From assembly GCA_951406725.2 (NCBI GenBank), contig OX597833.1, positions 27,652,001-27,716,000 on the forward strand: DNA of 64,000 nt, given 5' to 3'. Under the pieces are notes generated by a model that saw nothing but the letters and a program-made list of their open reading frames with translations, was not told the origin of the DNA and did no database searches. How positions within the stretch are numbered: the stretch's first letter is position 1; each line of letters opens with the position of its first letter. This document shows positions 27,055-41,409 of the stretch, piece after piece. The position numbers and the translations under genes are program-made. The stretch comes from Octopus vulgaris (taxonomy: Eukaryota).

Positions 27055-28290
27055 TATTGCCATGCATCAGTAAGCACTTGGTTATAAATACTCAGCTACA
27101 CATCCGCATCCCTTCTGATTGCTCCTCAGTCCGCTTGTAGAAGTTTATGTTGTCAAATAAGTGCAATGGAGTGGGATTGGCTGGCTTGGTTTTAATATGC
27201 CGGAAATTAAAGTTGCAGAGCATCATATCGTGGTCTGAGAGGAGAGTTTTTTTCAACTGAAATACTGTGAACGGAGCTAGAGTGTTTGATTAATATTAGA
27301 TCCAAGATCGTTTTATTCTGTCTTGTTTGTTCGAGCACTAGCTGAGTCAGGAAAATTTATCCATTAGATTAAAGAGTAATTCTGCTGCTTTGTCTGGTGT
27401 AGAGCATTTGCCTGACTTCAGAGTATTTGTGGACCAGTTTATATAAGGGAGGTTAAAATCACCTATCACTAGTATGTTTCCGGAGTTGTAATTTTGAAGG
27501 AAGGACTTGATTTTGTTGAGGCATTCTTCAAAGCACATTAGAGGTGTTTGAGAAGGCCTGTAAAGACCAACAATGATTATGTCTTTGGACTGGTTGAATA
27601 GTGATATGGATTCACAGTATCCATTGGAAAATATATCCTTGGCATCAACTGAAAAAGAGTCATGGAGAAAGATAGCTGTTCCCCCTTTATTTCGGTCTGT
27701 GCGATCTGCACGGATGATGGTGAAATCTTTTATTTTCACCTCGGCATCCATGTGAGTGCTGCTAAAGTGAATTTCAGTAAGGATAAAGAAGGGGAAGCAA
27801 TATGCCGTTTCGGCAAGCTAACTCTCTATGTATGGAATCTTCCATTTTTGGGCAGTGAGTGATGGGTTGACACCACGTACATTTAACAGGAATGTCGAGG
27901 CAAGGGTAGGTTGATGTTTGTATTGTTCTAAGTGCTATGTTGTTCGGAGGTAGCAGTGAGGGTAGTTTTTGTATGGAGTTGTGCGTGTGTGATTTTCTAG
28001 TTGGTGGTGAGTGGGTGATCCTTGTGTTTTGCATAAATGGTTGCAAATAGCTCGTTGGATCTCCTGGCTCAGGTCGGCCTTCATATTTTCGAGATAAGTT
28101 AGAAAAAAAGAGTTGCCTCTTTGGTTTGCCACTTGGTCAGATGATACATTGTTCATGTTTAAGTTATTTGGCGTTATTGCTTTCCCATAGATCTGTCTTC
28201 GTTGTTTGGTTGTAGGAGGTGAAGTGTAGTTGTATTTTGTTTTTGTTGTTGCTGTTGTAGGTCTCCTCTGTTGCTGTTTATATTTATTTT
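27055..28290 (-). mobile_element. CR1/Jockey-group LINE fragment: ORF1 end and APE endonuclease
   Basis: LLNVRG...LTE...IIRADRTDRNKGGTAIF...VGLYRP...LVIGDFNLPYINW...SDHD; frameshifts. Confidence 0.88.
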
Positions 28291-28339
28291 TCGATCGTTT
28301 TGTGCCCTATACACACACACACACACATATATATATATG

Positions 28340-28382
<43 letters not shown>

Positions 28383-28433
28383 ACACACACACACATATAT
28401 ATACATATATATATATACATATATATGTATACG

Positions 28434-28477
<44 letters not shown>

Positions 28478-28502
28478 TTATATATATAATATATAATATA
28501 TA

Positions 28503-28593
<91 letters not shown>

Positions 28594-28599
28594 TATAGT

Positions 28600-28893
28600 G
28601 AAGGCACGTGGCTTAGTGGTTAAGGCATTCGGCTCACAATCGTGAGTTCAATTCACGGCGTTGCATTGTGTCCTTGAGCAAGACACTTTATTTCACGCTG
28701 CTCCACTCCCCTCAGCTGGCAAATACCTGTATTTCAAAGGGCCAGCCTTGTCACACTCTGTCATGCTAAATCTCTACGTTAAGGGTACACGTGTCTGTGG
28801 AGTGCTCACCCACTTGCACGTTAATTTCACGAGCAAGCTGTTCCGTTGATCGTATCAGTTGGGACGCTCGTCGTCATAATCGACAGAGTGCTC
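28600..28893 (+). mobile_element. tRNA-derived SINE family C
   Basis: ggcacgtggcttagtggttaagg head; tgtgtccttgagcaagacacttta core. Confidence 0.85.
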
Positions 28894-28912
28894 CTAATAC
28901 ATACATACATAC

Positions 28913-28960
<48 letters not shown>

Positions 28961-29026
28961 TGTGTGTGTGTATTGTGTGTGTATGTGTGTGTACCAGTAT
29001 GTATATATACCTAGTCATGATATATA

Positions 29027-29080
<54 letters not shown>

Positions 29081-29624
29081 CATTTACATATGCATATATC
29101 TATGTCTACATCTACACAGTTGAACACACGCATGCCTCTGTGCGTACGTCTTTGTGTAGTGTGTGTGGTGGGGCATGGGTGTGTCCGATTGAATGTAAAC
29201 CTCGAGGGTTTCACTAATCAGCTTAAGGGAGAGAGAGAACCCCTGATGATAAAAGTGAGCCATGGCTTAAAATCCCATAAGGGCGATAAAGCCAATGCAA
29301 TAAAACTTAACACTGAACGTCTTAATAAGTTTTAATATTCAATTAACCGCTGTTGTTGAGCTGCGTGGGTGGGAAGACAGGTGGTGGTGGTGGTGGTGGT
29401 GGCGGTGGTGGCAGCGGCGGCGGCGGCGGCGGCGGCGGCGGTGGAGTCTTTGGTAGCATCGGCAGTGGTTGTGATGACGTTGGTGGTGATGATGGTAACG
29501 GTGGTGAGAGTGCGCTATGGAAAATGGATCTGAAGGTGTTGATGGTTTGTAAGCTTGTTATTGTTGCAGTTGGAGTAACTTTAGATGTGCTTGTTTTTTT
29601 GTTTTTTATTTATTATTAGTTCGT

Positions 29625-29735
29625 CAAGGTGGCAGACTGTAGCGAGCTGGCGGAATCATTAGTGCGCCAGGAAAATTGCTTAGCGGCATTTCCTCAATAA
29701 TCTGAGTTCAAATTCCGCCGAGGTCAACTTTACCA
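29625..29735 (+). mobile_element. SINE family A, 5' fragment
   Basis: gcgagctggcggaatc...gagttcaaattccgccgaggtcaacttt. Confidence 0.75.
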
Positions 29736-29847
29736 GTCATGTATGTATGCATGCATGTATGTGTGTGTATGTATGTATGTATGTATGTATGTATGTATGT
29801 ATGTATGTATGTATGTATGTATGTATGTATGTATGTATGTATGTATG

Positions 29848-31205
29848 CTTTGAATCTTAAGAAGGTCTTGCAGAATTTTATTGTCCCAGTTATCGTGATC
29901 ACTTGTGTATGAACAACGGATTAGCGCTCTCTCCCCCAAGAATCCAAGGACAGCCATACCTCACTTCAGAAAGGTTTGTATGTATCCTGTTGCTCCAATG
30001 ATAATGGGTATGAACTGAAAGTGTATCTTGGATACTGGGTTTGAAAACTCATTATTAATAGTCCGTAGATGTACTCTTTCTCTTATACTTTTCGAACCAC
30101 ATTGGTGTCCAGTGGGAAGCTGATTTCCACAACTGAACATATCTTTTCCTTGTGGTCCCACAGGACAATATCTGGCTGGTTTTGTTTTACCTTGGTGGCT
30201 GTTTTAACTTTTAAGTTCCACCAATATTCTTTTGAGCCATCGGTCTCAATATAGTCAATTTCGTCTGCAGGTGTTTTCTTTTTCATCATCCTGCTCCAGA
30301 ACGTTCTGGCCACTGCGTCAATCCTCATGGGAAGATATCTGGAAGACACTCTAACAGTTGACAATAATGTGGTTCATGTCTTCAGTCCTGGACTACTACA
30401 ACCTACATTTGTTGTCTATCAACGTCTTCTGCCTTTTATGCTGTACATATACTTGGTGGGGATCTCTTGGTCTTGAACTGCATGGATGTAGCCTTCAAAG
30501 TAGCATGTTATAAACATGTCAAAGCTTCATGTCAAGCTTTTGACAGGATCAGTCCCTTCTATGGTTCGTATTTTTCTTCTGTCTTCTCGGTGAACCTGTT
30601 CATGTTCTGTCTTATCAGAGGACCGGTCCATTTTTTTAATGTTCTTCTTCTGATAAATAGCTTTTACCAATGCCCCTTGGGATGATATCTGTATCCGCTC
30701 TAATTTTATACCTCTCCTAAAGTTCATTAGCTATCTTAATTATGATGCTGATTTGATGGTCGCAAACTTGGGAAAGACAGTTACTGGTCTCTATCCTCTG
30801 CTGCAGATATTTCAGTGTCACAATATGTACTTCATATGACAACAATACAAATACACGATCACCATCCTTGCGTGTGAAGATCTAGCTTATCTACATCTCC
30901 ATTGATGTTGAGGTTCCCTGTAATATTTAGTGGCTTCCGAGTTCGGACATTTGTCTCATTGAGTTCTTAAAATGACCAGTTCAGAAGGGCAAACGTAGGT
31001 GTGAGGACATTTGATGGAACAGCAAAGCTGTTGTGGGCAATATGCGTGTTGTAAGCTAAGAGTTCTGATGGCCATATTCCTTTTTAGGTTTTCAGAGGAA
31101 AGCACTTTTCCATATTTTATTGTCGAAAATGCACATTTAGACTCACCAAATGTCATTCCAATACCTGTAGAAATTTTGGGTAATGAGATGCAATTGATTT
31201 TTAAT
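29848..31205 (-). mobile_element. R4/Dong-like restriction-endonuclease LINE fragment flanked by (TATG)n on both sides
   Basis: SSRYLPMRIDAVA...EYWWNLKVKT...NQPDIVLWD...VVEISFPLD...FIPIIIGATG; upstream IGMTFGESKCA. Confidence 0.85.
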
Positions 31206-31364
31206 GTACGTATGTATGTATGTATGTATGTATGTATGTATGTATGTATGTATGTATGTATGTATGTATGTATGTATGTATGTATGTATGTATGTATGCA
31301 TGCATACATGCATATATGTGTCTGTCTGTCTATATGTATGAGTGTATATATATATATATATATT

Positions 31365-31535
31365 ATAATAAAGGGTAAAATCATTAATAATTTTACCAGG
31401 TAAATAAAAACCCCTATAGGTAAATTTTACAAAATATATTATAATTATATACATAACTATAACAAGGGGTTGGCTTTACGCCTCACCACGCACTGTAGAA
31501 ATAGACGCGAAATGCTCTGTTACCACCTTAAAATT
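31365..31535. mobile_element. PLE-like non-coding fragment: inverted tail plus tail-less body
   Basis: 31368-31395 is a direct repeat of ~32510-32537; ~31440-31535 is an inverted repeat of ~32531-32615. Confidence 0.6.
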
Positions 31536-31544
31536 CTCCCAGAA

Positions 31545-31584
<40 letters not shown>

Positions 31585-32240
31585 GCAGGGTGTGTGTGTG
31601 TGTGTGTTTGTACGCGAATGTAATTTATGCACATCCACAAATTAACACGCATGTCGCTCCAGTTCTAGGAGGACATTCATTACGACCCTGTATTTTCGTC
31701 AAATTATTTTCCCCGAAGACACCAATGAATAACGGTAAAAATAAATTTTCAACCATAACTTAACAATTTTCACGGCAGAGAAATCCACCATTGTTTACAA
31801 ACATGAGTTAAGTCCCCTTCTAGCGACGGGTAAGTTTTTGTTGACATTTGTTTTTTTTTCCATCGAGGAAAAAAATGTTTTGTCGATATACGGGCAACAC
31901 ACACATACACACAACACACACGTACATACGTACACCCATTGCATACATGATTTTTGTACGCATGCATGTGCATGTGTGTGTGTGACTGAAGCCATTTACA
32001 CATAAATACATACAACCCCTCTCTCTCTTTTCATCTGTCAATCATTTACCAAAAAGACGAAAATAAAAAAACTGTTATCTATCGCTCTGTCTCTCTTCAC
32101 ACACACATTAACGAAACAACTTCTCATACACACTACACTTTCTGTGTTGCACACCCCATCGAACACGCACACACACACAGACAGACACGAACATGTATGC
32201 GTACAAAAAACATGTATGCAATAGATGAACTTTTCGATTA

Positions 32241-32309
32241 ACCGCGTGCAAGATCTTGTTTCAAGCTTAAAGTAAAGAAATATTACCTACTGCTCTCATC
32301 AGCGACGGT
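32241..32309 (-). ncRNA. Type I hammerhead ribozyme fold with one core mutation
   Basis: ACCGUCG-CUGAUGA-GAGC(25 nt)GCUU-GAAA-CAAGAUCUUG-CA-CGCGGU; stem I with one bulge, palindromic stem III, U16.1 replaced by C. Confidence 0.7.
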
Positions 32310-32775
32310 ATTCCATAGTATAAATTTACGAGTATCTCAAAATATGCATGCGAGCCGCGACGTCGCATAACCAATATCCATCCACACTCGTAGAAATATA
32401 CTACAAAGTAGAATTCACATCTTTCTTTTCTACCCTCGTGTAGTGTGTCAAGATCAAGGCCGCAGTTAATAGTTTCGATCAGGCAGTAAATTTTTCAAAT
32501 ATTATTTATAATAAAAGGTAAAATCATTAATAATTTTAAGGTGGTAATAGGGCATTTGGCGTCTATTTCTACAGGCGTAAAGCAAATCCTTTGTTATAAT
32601 TATGTATGTAATCATAAAATATTTAATATATATACTTTATTATTAAGCATTTTACTCTACCTCCAGCATTCGTGTATTATTTTTTCCATTTTCTTTCACA
32701 TTTATGTGTTTACTCTGGTGTGTATATGTGTGTGCATGTGTAACTTTATCTCTTTCTCTCTTTCTCTCTCCCTCC

Positions 32776-32847
<72 letters not shown>

Positions 32848-32914
32848 ATCCCTGTTTATACATGTCTGCATTTTTTGTTTTTCTGTAAATTTCAGCTATA
32901 TATATATATATATA

Positions 32915-33060
32915 TTGTTATATGTGGAGATGGTCATATTTGTTGCCGATTAACCACACGCACAACATACTCGTCCTTCACTTCAACTTTATTATTATTC
33001 TTATTTTAGTGTCCTTTGTCTGAAGTCTTTCGCGTCACATCTTGTGACCTCTTCAGCGAT
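32915..33060 (-). mobile_element. PLE-like fragment related to 15072-15393 with hammerhead-like motif (33018-33060)
   Basis: Shares attgttatat...atggtcatatt with 15133-15160; minus CUGAAGA-G-GUCAC(AAGAU)GUGAC-GC-GAAA-GACUUC. Confidence 0.62.
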
Positions 33061-34148
33061 TCTCCATTCCTAGCTCACTTCAGTTGTTTACAGCAATACT
33101 TAGAAGGAAGGTTTGTAGCGTGTGATCCTCGCACTGACCAGCTCAGAGTAAACTGAGCAGAGTATCTGCATCAAATTTTGCCAGAAGCTTGACGATATCA
33201 CCTCAGAGCCCTACGCAAATTTTCAGAAAGTGTATTGAGAGGAGTGTATGAGCCCTGTACAAGTGTACGAGTAGTTCAACCGTTTCCAAGATGGCTGAAA
33301 AATTCCGATAGTAACAAACGTTTTGGGAGATCCGCAACCAGCAGAACTGAGAAAACATCGCAGATGTGCGTGCAGCAGTAAGTGAAATTCGTCGAATCCC
33401 CATCCGTGAGTTATCAGAGGATGTGCAGATTAGTTACGGTTCAGTTCAGTCTATTATAACTGAAGATTTGGGTATGGGACGCGTGTCTGTCAAGTTTGTG
33501 CCAAAACTGCTTTCAATTAACCAGATAGGCACTCAGGTTTTAGTCGCACAAGATCTCTTTATGTCGTGAACGACGAAAACTTTTTGAAAACGGTCATAAC
33601 GAGTGATGGACCGTGCGTCGATGGTTATGATCCCGATACAAAGACCCCAACCACTCCGAAATCGAAGAAAGCACGAGTGAGTCGAAGTATGTGAAGACAG
33701 TTGACCATGTTCTTCAGCTACAAGGGGATTGTTCATGATGAATATGCTCCAACTGGTCAGACAGTAAACAAGGAGAACTACTGTGACGTTTTGCGGTGTT
33801 TGTGGGATGCTATTCATCGGGAAAGGCCACAATTGCACGCGTCCGGTAAGTGTCAATTGCACCATGACAAGATATCTGCCCATTCAGCGCAGCTTGTGCA
33901 GCAGTTTTTCGCTAGGCACAGCACTGGACCCAGGTCCGATAGCCACCGTATTCCCCAGATCTCGCCCCTTGCGATGTTTCCCTCTTTCCAAAAATCAAAT
34001 GCAACGAGGCAGATGCTGATTATCCGAGGAAACTAGTTCCATCAATGGAAACAGCGCTAGATTAAATGTGTGGCTTCCGAAGGGGACTACGTGTTGTAGA
34101 TTTGTTTTTATAACACCAGTCCGGATATTTATTGATCAAGCCGCGCAT
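33061..34148 (+). mobile_element. mariner transposon, decayed
   Basis: ICIKFCQKL...IRELSEDVQISYGSVQSIITEDLGMGRVSVKFVPKLLS...KGIVHDEYAPTGQTVNKENY...LHHD...AHSA; degenerate right terminus near 34140. Confidence 0.9.
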
Positions 34149-34453
34149 ACACACACGCGCGCGCACACACACACATAAAAATTGCATGTCCTTCTTAGAC
34201 GGAGGAAGAAAATTTAGCTAAAGGCCAGCGAAACTTGTACGCAATTGTTCCTTTGTCTGAACAAGTTTATAAAGATCAGAGTTTTCCATGAGCATCTAAA
34301 ATATTTTTGAGAAATTAATGATTAATGTCTTGAAATTATGTCTGTTTTCTTTAAAAGTTACCAGCTGATATATAAAACAAGAAGTTTGGATTTTGTCATT
34401 CAGTACATCATCCTTTTATTTATCTAAATCCATTCTTGGCATATTTACTCTTA

Positions 34454-34516
<63 letters not shown>

Positions 34517-35597
34517 TGTGTATTTGTCTGTGTATTTATATGTGTGTGTATGCATGTATGTATTATATAACACACATACACATCCATATACATAGACATA
34601 TATTTGCATATATACACCTAAATACATATGTACAAATATATACACATATACACGCACACACACGTATAAATATGTATATGCATATAAATATATATATATA
34701 TATATATGCATATAAACGCACATATACATACGTACAAATATGCACACACATTCACAGGCATGCGTATGCACATACATGCACAAGCACACACACGCACACA
34801 CGTTCATATATATTTACATACACCATGCATGCAAACATACGAGCGCGCGCGCACACACATACACACACACACACACACACACAGATATAAACAAAATTAC
34901 AGCTGATAAAATCTTAACAGCCGTTACTACCATCAGATTCTCAAATCCTTGTGATATTGCACGGATTTGAGTGTCTCCCCCGCTGTTATTTATTACTAAT
35001 CAACTCACTAATTCGATAGCCAGTTAATCTCTACACATGTTTTTGTTAAGCTGAACTAAGTGTAGGAAGCTGAGGAAAAGGAGGATGAAGGATGCTTTAA
35101 TTTTTAATGATAGCTAATTTCACTCAGAACTGCAATAAGACTTGAATATGTCTTAAGTGTTAGATAAATAAGCTGTAATTAAAAGAGCACCACAGTGCCT
35201 ACCACCATCACCCTCATTACAGTTCCAGACATCACCACTACCAACATCACAGTGTTGATTATCCCTCCAGCCACCACATTAGTTCTAGCTACCAGCACTA
35301 TAATGCTAGCTACTAACGCTATAGAACAAGCTACCATCGCTATAGTGCTAGCTACCACATGTTAGGTATGATCATTACCTCACTATTACCATTATTCCAT
35401 TACTACCACTACAGTGTTAGCAACTACTATACCATAATAGTGCTAATTATCATCACGAAAATCAACTCCGCCACCACAATTGTGATATTGTTAGCTAACG
35501 CTATCACCAACTCCACCAATATCACAGTTCTTGCTAACCCTAACACCACCATAATTGCGCTAGCTTCAACCACGACCGCTTTCTGATCATGCCGAGT

Positions 35598-36161
35598 CAG
35601 GGTAAACCCGGGCGCGAATTATTTTTTCCCAGGAGAGTTCCAGACCCCAGTAATGAACTCATTTGCATACTAGCAATCAGAGCTCACCTTGACCTTGTTG
35701 TCATGTTAACAAACACACTCTACCAAGTAAACTCAAGACGAAGAACGGTGTTGTAAGTCGACCGATCGCCAAACTATGCCTGATTTTAGGAGACAAGTAA
35801 TTAGATAGATTTGCATCTATACCTATTATCTAAACCATATGGTAAAGATGTGGGTGGGAAAAATGTGGGTAGGGTGTGATGTGCTAGCAACCCTCTCCCT
35901 TTACTGTTTTACAAAGTAAACAACAGCACAAATAACTACGCAGAGGCAGCCATGGTTGAAACAAGAACAAGAACAACAAGCATTATTAAAAGAGAAAAGA
36001 AGCATGGTCATTCCTTACCCAAGTGACCTCATCTTATCGCCCATCACTTGTTACGCGGTCATAAATCAGTTTGATAATTGGTTGGCTGTATGCAAATGAG
36101 TTCATAACTGGGGTCCGGAACTCTCGTGGGAAAAACTTTCGCAACCCGGGCATTACCCGTG
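35598..36161. mobile_element. MITE-like element with ~80-bp imperfect TIRs
   Basis: tttttcccaggagagttccagaccccagtaatgaactcatttgcatac is inverted at ~36088-36135; no ORF. Confidence 0.8.
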
Positions 36162-36343
36162 TTTCCAGCAGCCTTCCTGAATGTCAACTGAGCTTACAAA
36201 TTTAGTCTTAATGTGGCCCCCATACATATCGTATTCGTTCTACTTTCGTGATTTTACTTTCGCATCTTTCTCGAAGTATTTCTGTGCTAGATGTCTTATC
36301 AGTTTGTGAAACAGAGGTCAACTTTTTTACATTTTGGTTTCTC

Positions 36344-36915
36344 TCTCTTTAGTTTTTGGATTTTCTGCATTTCTACATTGCTTCACTTTCTACGATATAT
36401 ATATATATACCGACTAGAATTAAGCGCATATTACTATTATAGCAGAACTTTTTAAAATAAAAACACATATAAACAACCTGTTAATTTTTATTTCTTTTTC
36501 TTTTTTCTTTAATCAACTTCTGCACAGAATGGTATTTCTTCTCATCACAGTACTCCTTGGTTATGTGTACTTCATAGTCTGTAGAGCATGATGCACCTTC
36601 GTCACCCCTAACTGCTGAATCAAATTTTTATTGAGACGATAATAAATTCTACTGAAGCTGACATCTAGAGGACCTTTGGACTAGATGGATGTTCAGCATC
36701 TTCGGTAGTCGCAGCAAGCATCTTTTTTAATAAACTATCTTATAACCATTATATATTGATTAAAAAAAAGAAAAAGAAATAAAAATTAACAGGTTGTTTA
36801 TTTATGCTTTTATTTTAAAAAGTTCTGCTATAATAGCAATATGAACTTAATTCTAGTCGTTATATATAGAAAGTAAAGCAATGTAGAAATGCAGAAAATC
36901 CAAAAGCTAAAGAGA
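36344..36915. repeat. Long imperfect inverted repeat (arms ~160-170 bp, spacer ~240 bp)
   Basis: 36344-36516 vs 36756-36915. Confidence 0.88.
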
Positions 36916-37749
36916 TTTTCTGCATTTCCAAAGACATTAACAACTAAACGATTAACTCTCTCGGAAAATTTCCACAAATATTGTTTGGTTCAAGTTATCA
37001 GAATTTTAGTCCAGAGTTTTATAAATCACATGAATGATTAGAATATGGCTCGCCAAAGAATGCACTGTATTGTTTTTGCGGTCGACATTTTCCGGACAAA
37101 TCAAAAATAGGAGACTAGCAGGCGTTCTCTATAAGAGGATTCCACAACTGAAAGCATGCTGCTGCTGGGGAAAACACGGATATATGACAATCAATCAGAG
37201 GTCCCAACCCAACTTTTATCACAGCTGAATGGAGTGATTATCGTAAACTTTAAGCAAGAAATACATTTGTGCTGCCCATAGCCAACGAGCTTGTAGCAAA
37301 ACAAGTTCGTGAAAACAGAGATTTGCCAATCTACTTTGGCTCTGTTTTACAATTAAAGGCACAACAACAGGTGATACCAAGACATCATGAATATGATGAG
37401 CAAGGGTATGGTGATGAGTGAGAAATAGTGAGCCTGGTTTCGTACACATTCTATGACCACAGACCAAGTAATGGAGCGAAACTGATAGGCAAGATTTTTT
37501 ATCATGATATTCAGAACGAGTTTCTTTCTATCCGAATATCAAAAATCACAAAAGAAATAGCTGAATAAATGAATGAATTAGGTTTAATCATAGATGAAAC
37601 AGGACGTTTCGAAAACTAAACACATCTCACTTGTTTCGCATTCCGTTTTTAACAACGTTATTTGTAAGAAAGTTACTGGTATCGAACTGTTTCTGCTGTG
37701 CATATTATACAAGTGTTGACATCCAGTTATGTGCCACTCAATGATGATA

Positions 37750-38450
37750 TCACGATCTTAATCAAAGACACTGTCTGGCATTCGAGCAAAGATGTTTACT
37801 GTTCTCTACATAGTTAGAGTCTGGCGGGTTGTATATTTTGTCTGTAACGGGCATGTTATTAGCAAGAAAAGACCCATAACTTTACCTTGTGGTACTTTAT
37901 TTACTACCATAGACTTTGCAGGTGGGATCCGTTAGTTTCTGCCACCTGGCATTGTTCTTTTAGGAAATCAGAGACCCACATATCCAACCTTCAAGTTATG
38001 CCAATGTTATTCAACTTGAGATATAAAATTCCCTTAGTCGACCATGTCAAAGGCTTCGGTCGAGACCAAGGAAGGTATACAGTATCTATCTAAATTTCCG
38101 CCAAAGCTTATGCTATTCAGCAACAGACTCCTCAGAATTTGGTAGTGTTAGAGTGTTTATCCGAGGTAGAAGTCGCCTTCTGGTGTTGTTAAAAATGATT
38201 TTAATACGTTGGCTCCCGAGACTCATTTTACGTTTTATCCTAGGATCCCAATACGATATCTTAATTGATTTTCACATGAGCGGCAAGTGGGGCAAGGATC
38301 ACACAGGTAGTGTTAGATACCCATGTCCCACCGGAGAGTCGTGTGGTACCCTAGTTCATATCACATGCTAGATACAACACGACTTACTCATGGTCAATTA
38401 AAAATTTGGGGTATTTTCTATTGGAAGATCTCGAAATCTTTTCACAAAGA
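37750..38450 (-). mobile_element. Old CR1-like LINE RT remnant
   Basis: Minus-strand IDTVYL...EAFDMVD*G...KLNNIGIT*RLDMWVSDFLKEQCQV, frameshifted. Confidence 0.6.
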
Positions 38451-38894
38451 ATTATTCTGGTTTCCATGGCAAGTAAAATATTTTTCATTTCCTTCTGTTT
38501 TTATTGGAAAATCTAACAAGTTTTTCAAAAAGGAATAGCTATTTTTGTTTTAATGGCAAATAAAATTTTCTCAATACTCAGTCTTTTATTTTACCTCATT
38601 ACATGGTGAAATCAGAATATTTACTACCACAGACTTATGGTATGAGTAGTTCTGAAAATTTCGTCACAATTTTGCATATCCTAAGATGGTCGAGTAAAGC
38701 TTTCAATGATATGATATCAATAGCTTCACTTATATTGCCTTTGCTAATAAAGAAATATTGTGAAGCATTACATTCCGCTGGTCTCATCAGTTTGGTGAGT
38801 AGCGATCAGTTGTCTCAATTTAAACATCTTAGAAATAGTGTTGAATATTTGCAAGGAACTGTAGAGAAATTTATTTGTGAAAACCAATAGGAAG

Positions 38895-39680
38895 GAGGTA
38901 CGTCTATTTAGGTGACATCACCATATTTGGTAGCACCCAAGAGAAACGTATCTACAATTTATTTAAATTCCTAGAAGTTGGTCGTAACATTGAATAATAA
39001 TAAATGTAAATTTTCACCTAAGTCTACCTGTATTCTAGATTATCAAGTTAGCCATAACGAACTTCATCCTGACTCCTCACGTTTAACTCCACTTATAGAA
39101 CTAACCAGGCCTAATAATAAACCGTATTTTGTATAACTGATTTTATTATTTATTATAGGTTTCCTGCTTCTCTGAAAGAATAAGATACCTTCAATTTACG
39201 CCCAGTTTCTGCTTTCAGAGAAGGTTGTAACAGCAATCAGTGATTAAAGTAAGTATTACGAAGATGAAAATATGCTGTTAACCATCGAAACAGAAATCTA
39301 TGGGTAGGCTGTCGGGGCCAGTTTCTATAATAAAAATGAAGGCCAATGGCATTCACTGTTCCAACACTCATACCAAGAAAAATCATTATACGATAGAAAA
39401 AAAGAAGCTTATGTGATAGCTGAGGCTGACGAAAAGCGGCAACATTTCTTTACAGTAAATGATTCGCGCCTGAAACTGACTCATAGCTTATGCATTTATT
39501 ATAAAACACGAAAATTATGAGTAAAAATCGAAAATTATTACACTGACGAAAATTCGTGATGCTCTATCACGAAACGTTTCCTTGTCCTTGATTACTCAAT
39601 GCGGTTTACTATCACGTGACTTTTGTGATGTCAAGAGTACTCTGCTACCGTGGTGTTGTCAAGTTGACATAACCTCTCCT
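38895..39680 (+). mobile_element. Ty3/gypsy LTR retrotransposon pol remnant (RT, RNase H, start of integrase region)
   Basis: YLGDITIFGSTQE...NNNKCKFS...ILDYQVSHNELHPDSSRL; IETE...AVGA...KEAYVIAEA; DALSR at 39559. Confidence 0.72.
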
Positions 39681-39714
39681 TCTCAATAGATCACGTCAAA
39701 CATGACACTTTATC

Positions 39715-39925
39715 TTTTACCTCTTATCTTTAACTTGTTTCAATCATTTGACTGCAGCCATGCGAGGACACAGCCATGAAGTGGACTTATAATCATATTT
39801 TTTTCTAAATTTATTCTTTAGGTCTCTTTTACCGAATTGTTAAGTTACGGGAACCTAAACAAACCAACTACGGCTGTCAAGCAGTCTGGGAGACAACAAA
39901 GACGAACGCACAAAGACAGACACAC
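39715..39925 (-). mobile_element. SINE family B, 3' half
   Basis: acttgtttcaatcatttgactgcagccatgc...gctgtcaagc. Confidence 0.7.
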
Positions 39926-40161
39926 ACAATCGCACACACATAGACACACCTATGTGCGCGCCCGCGTGTGTTTGAAGGGGAGCAAACTACTTAGAACCAG
40001 CATACCTAATCTTCAAGTCCTTATTACCCATAAGTTGTTTACATTGTCGCGTGGAAATAAACAAAATCCTCTTTTGTTCATCTCCATGCGACAATATAAG
40101 TAAATTATAGGTAATAGGACCTAAGCTGGTTCTATGAATGTCTTAACTTATGCAATATCTG

Positions 40162-41194
<1,033 letters not shown>

Positions 41195-41282
41195 GCACAG
41201 CGTGGTTGTGGTAAGAGCTTGCTTCTCAACCATGTGGTTCTGGGTTCAGTTCCGCTTCTACTGAACCTGTAAAAGAATAAAA

Positions 41283-41409
<127 letters not shown>

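Noticed and set aside
39541-39582. Hammerhead-like CUGACGA...GUGAU/AUCAC-GAAACGUU
   Set aside because: Several extra nucleotides interrupt the core, there is no stem I, and the segment is explained as the gypsy DALSR coding motif.
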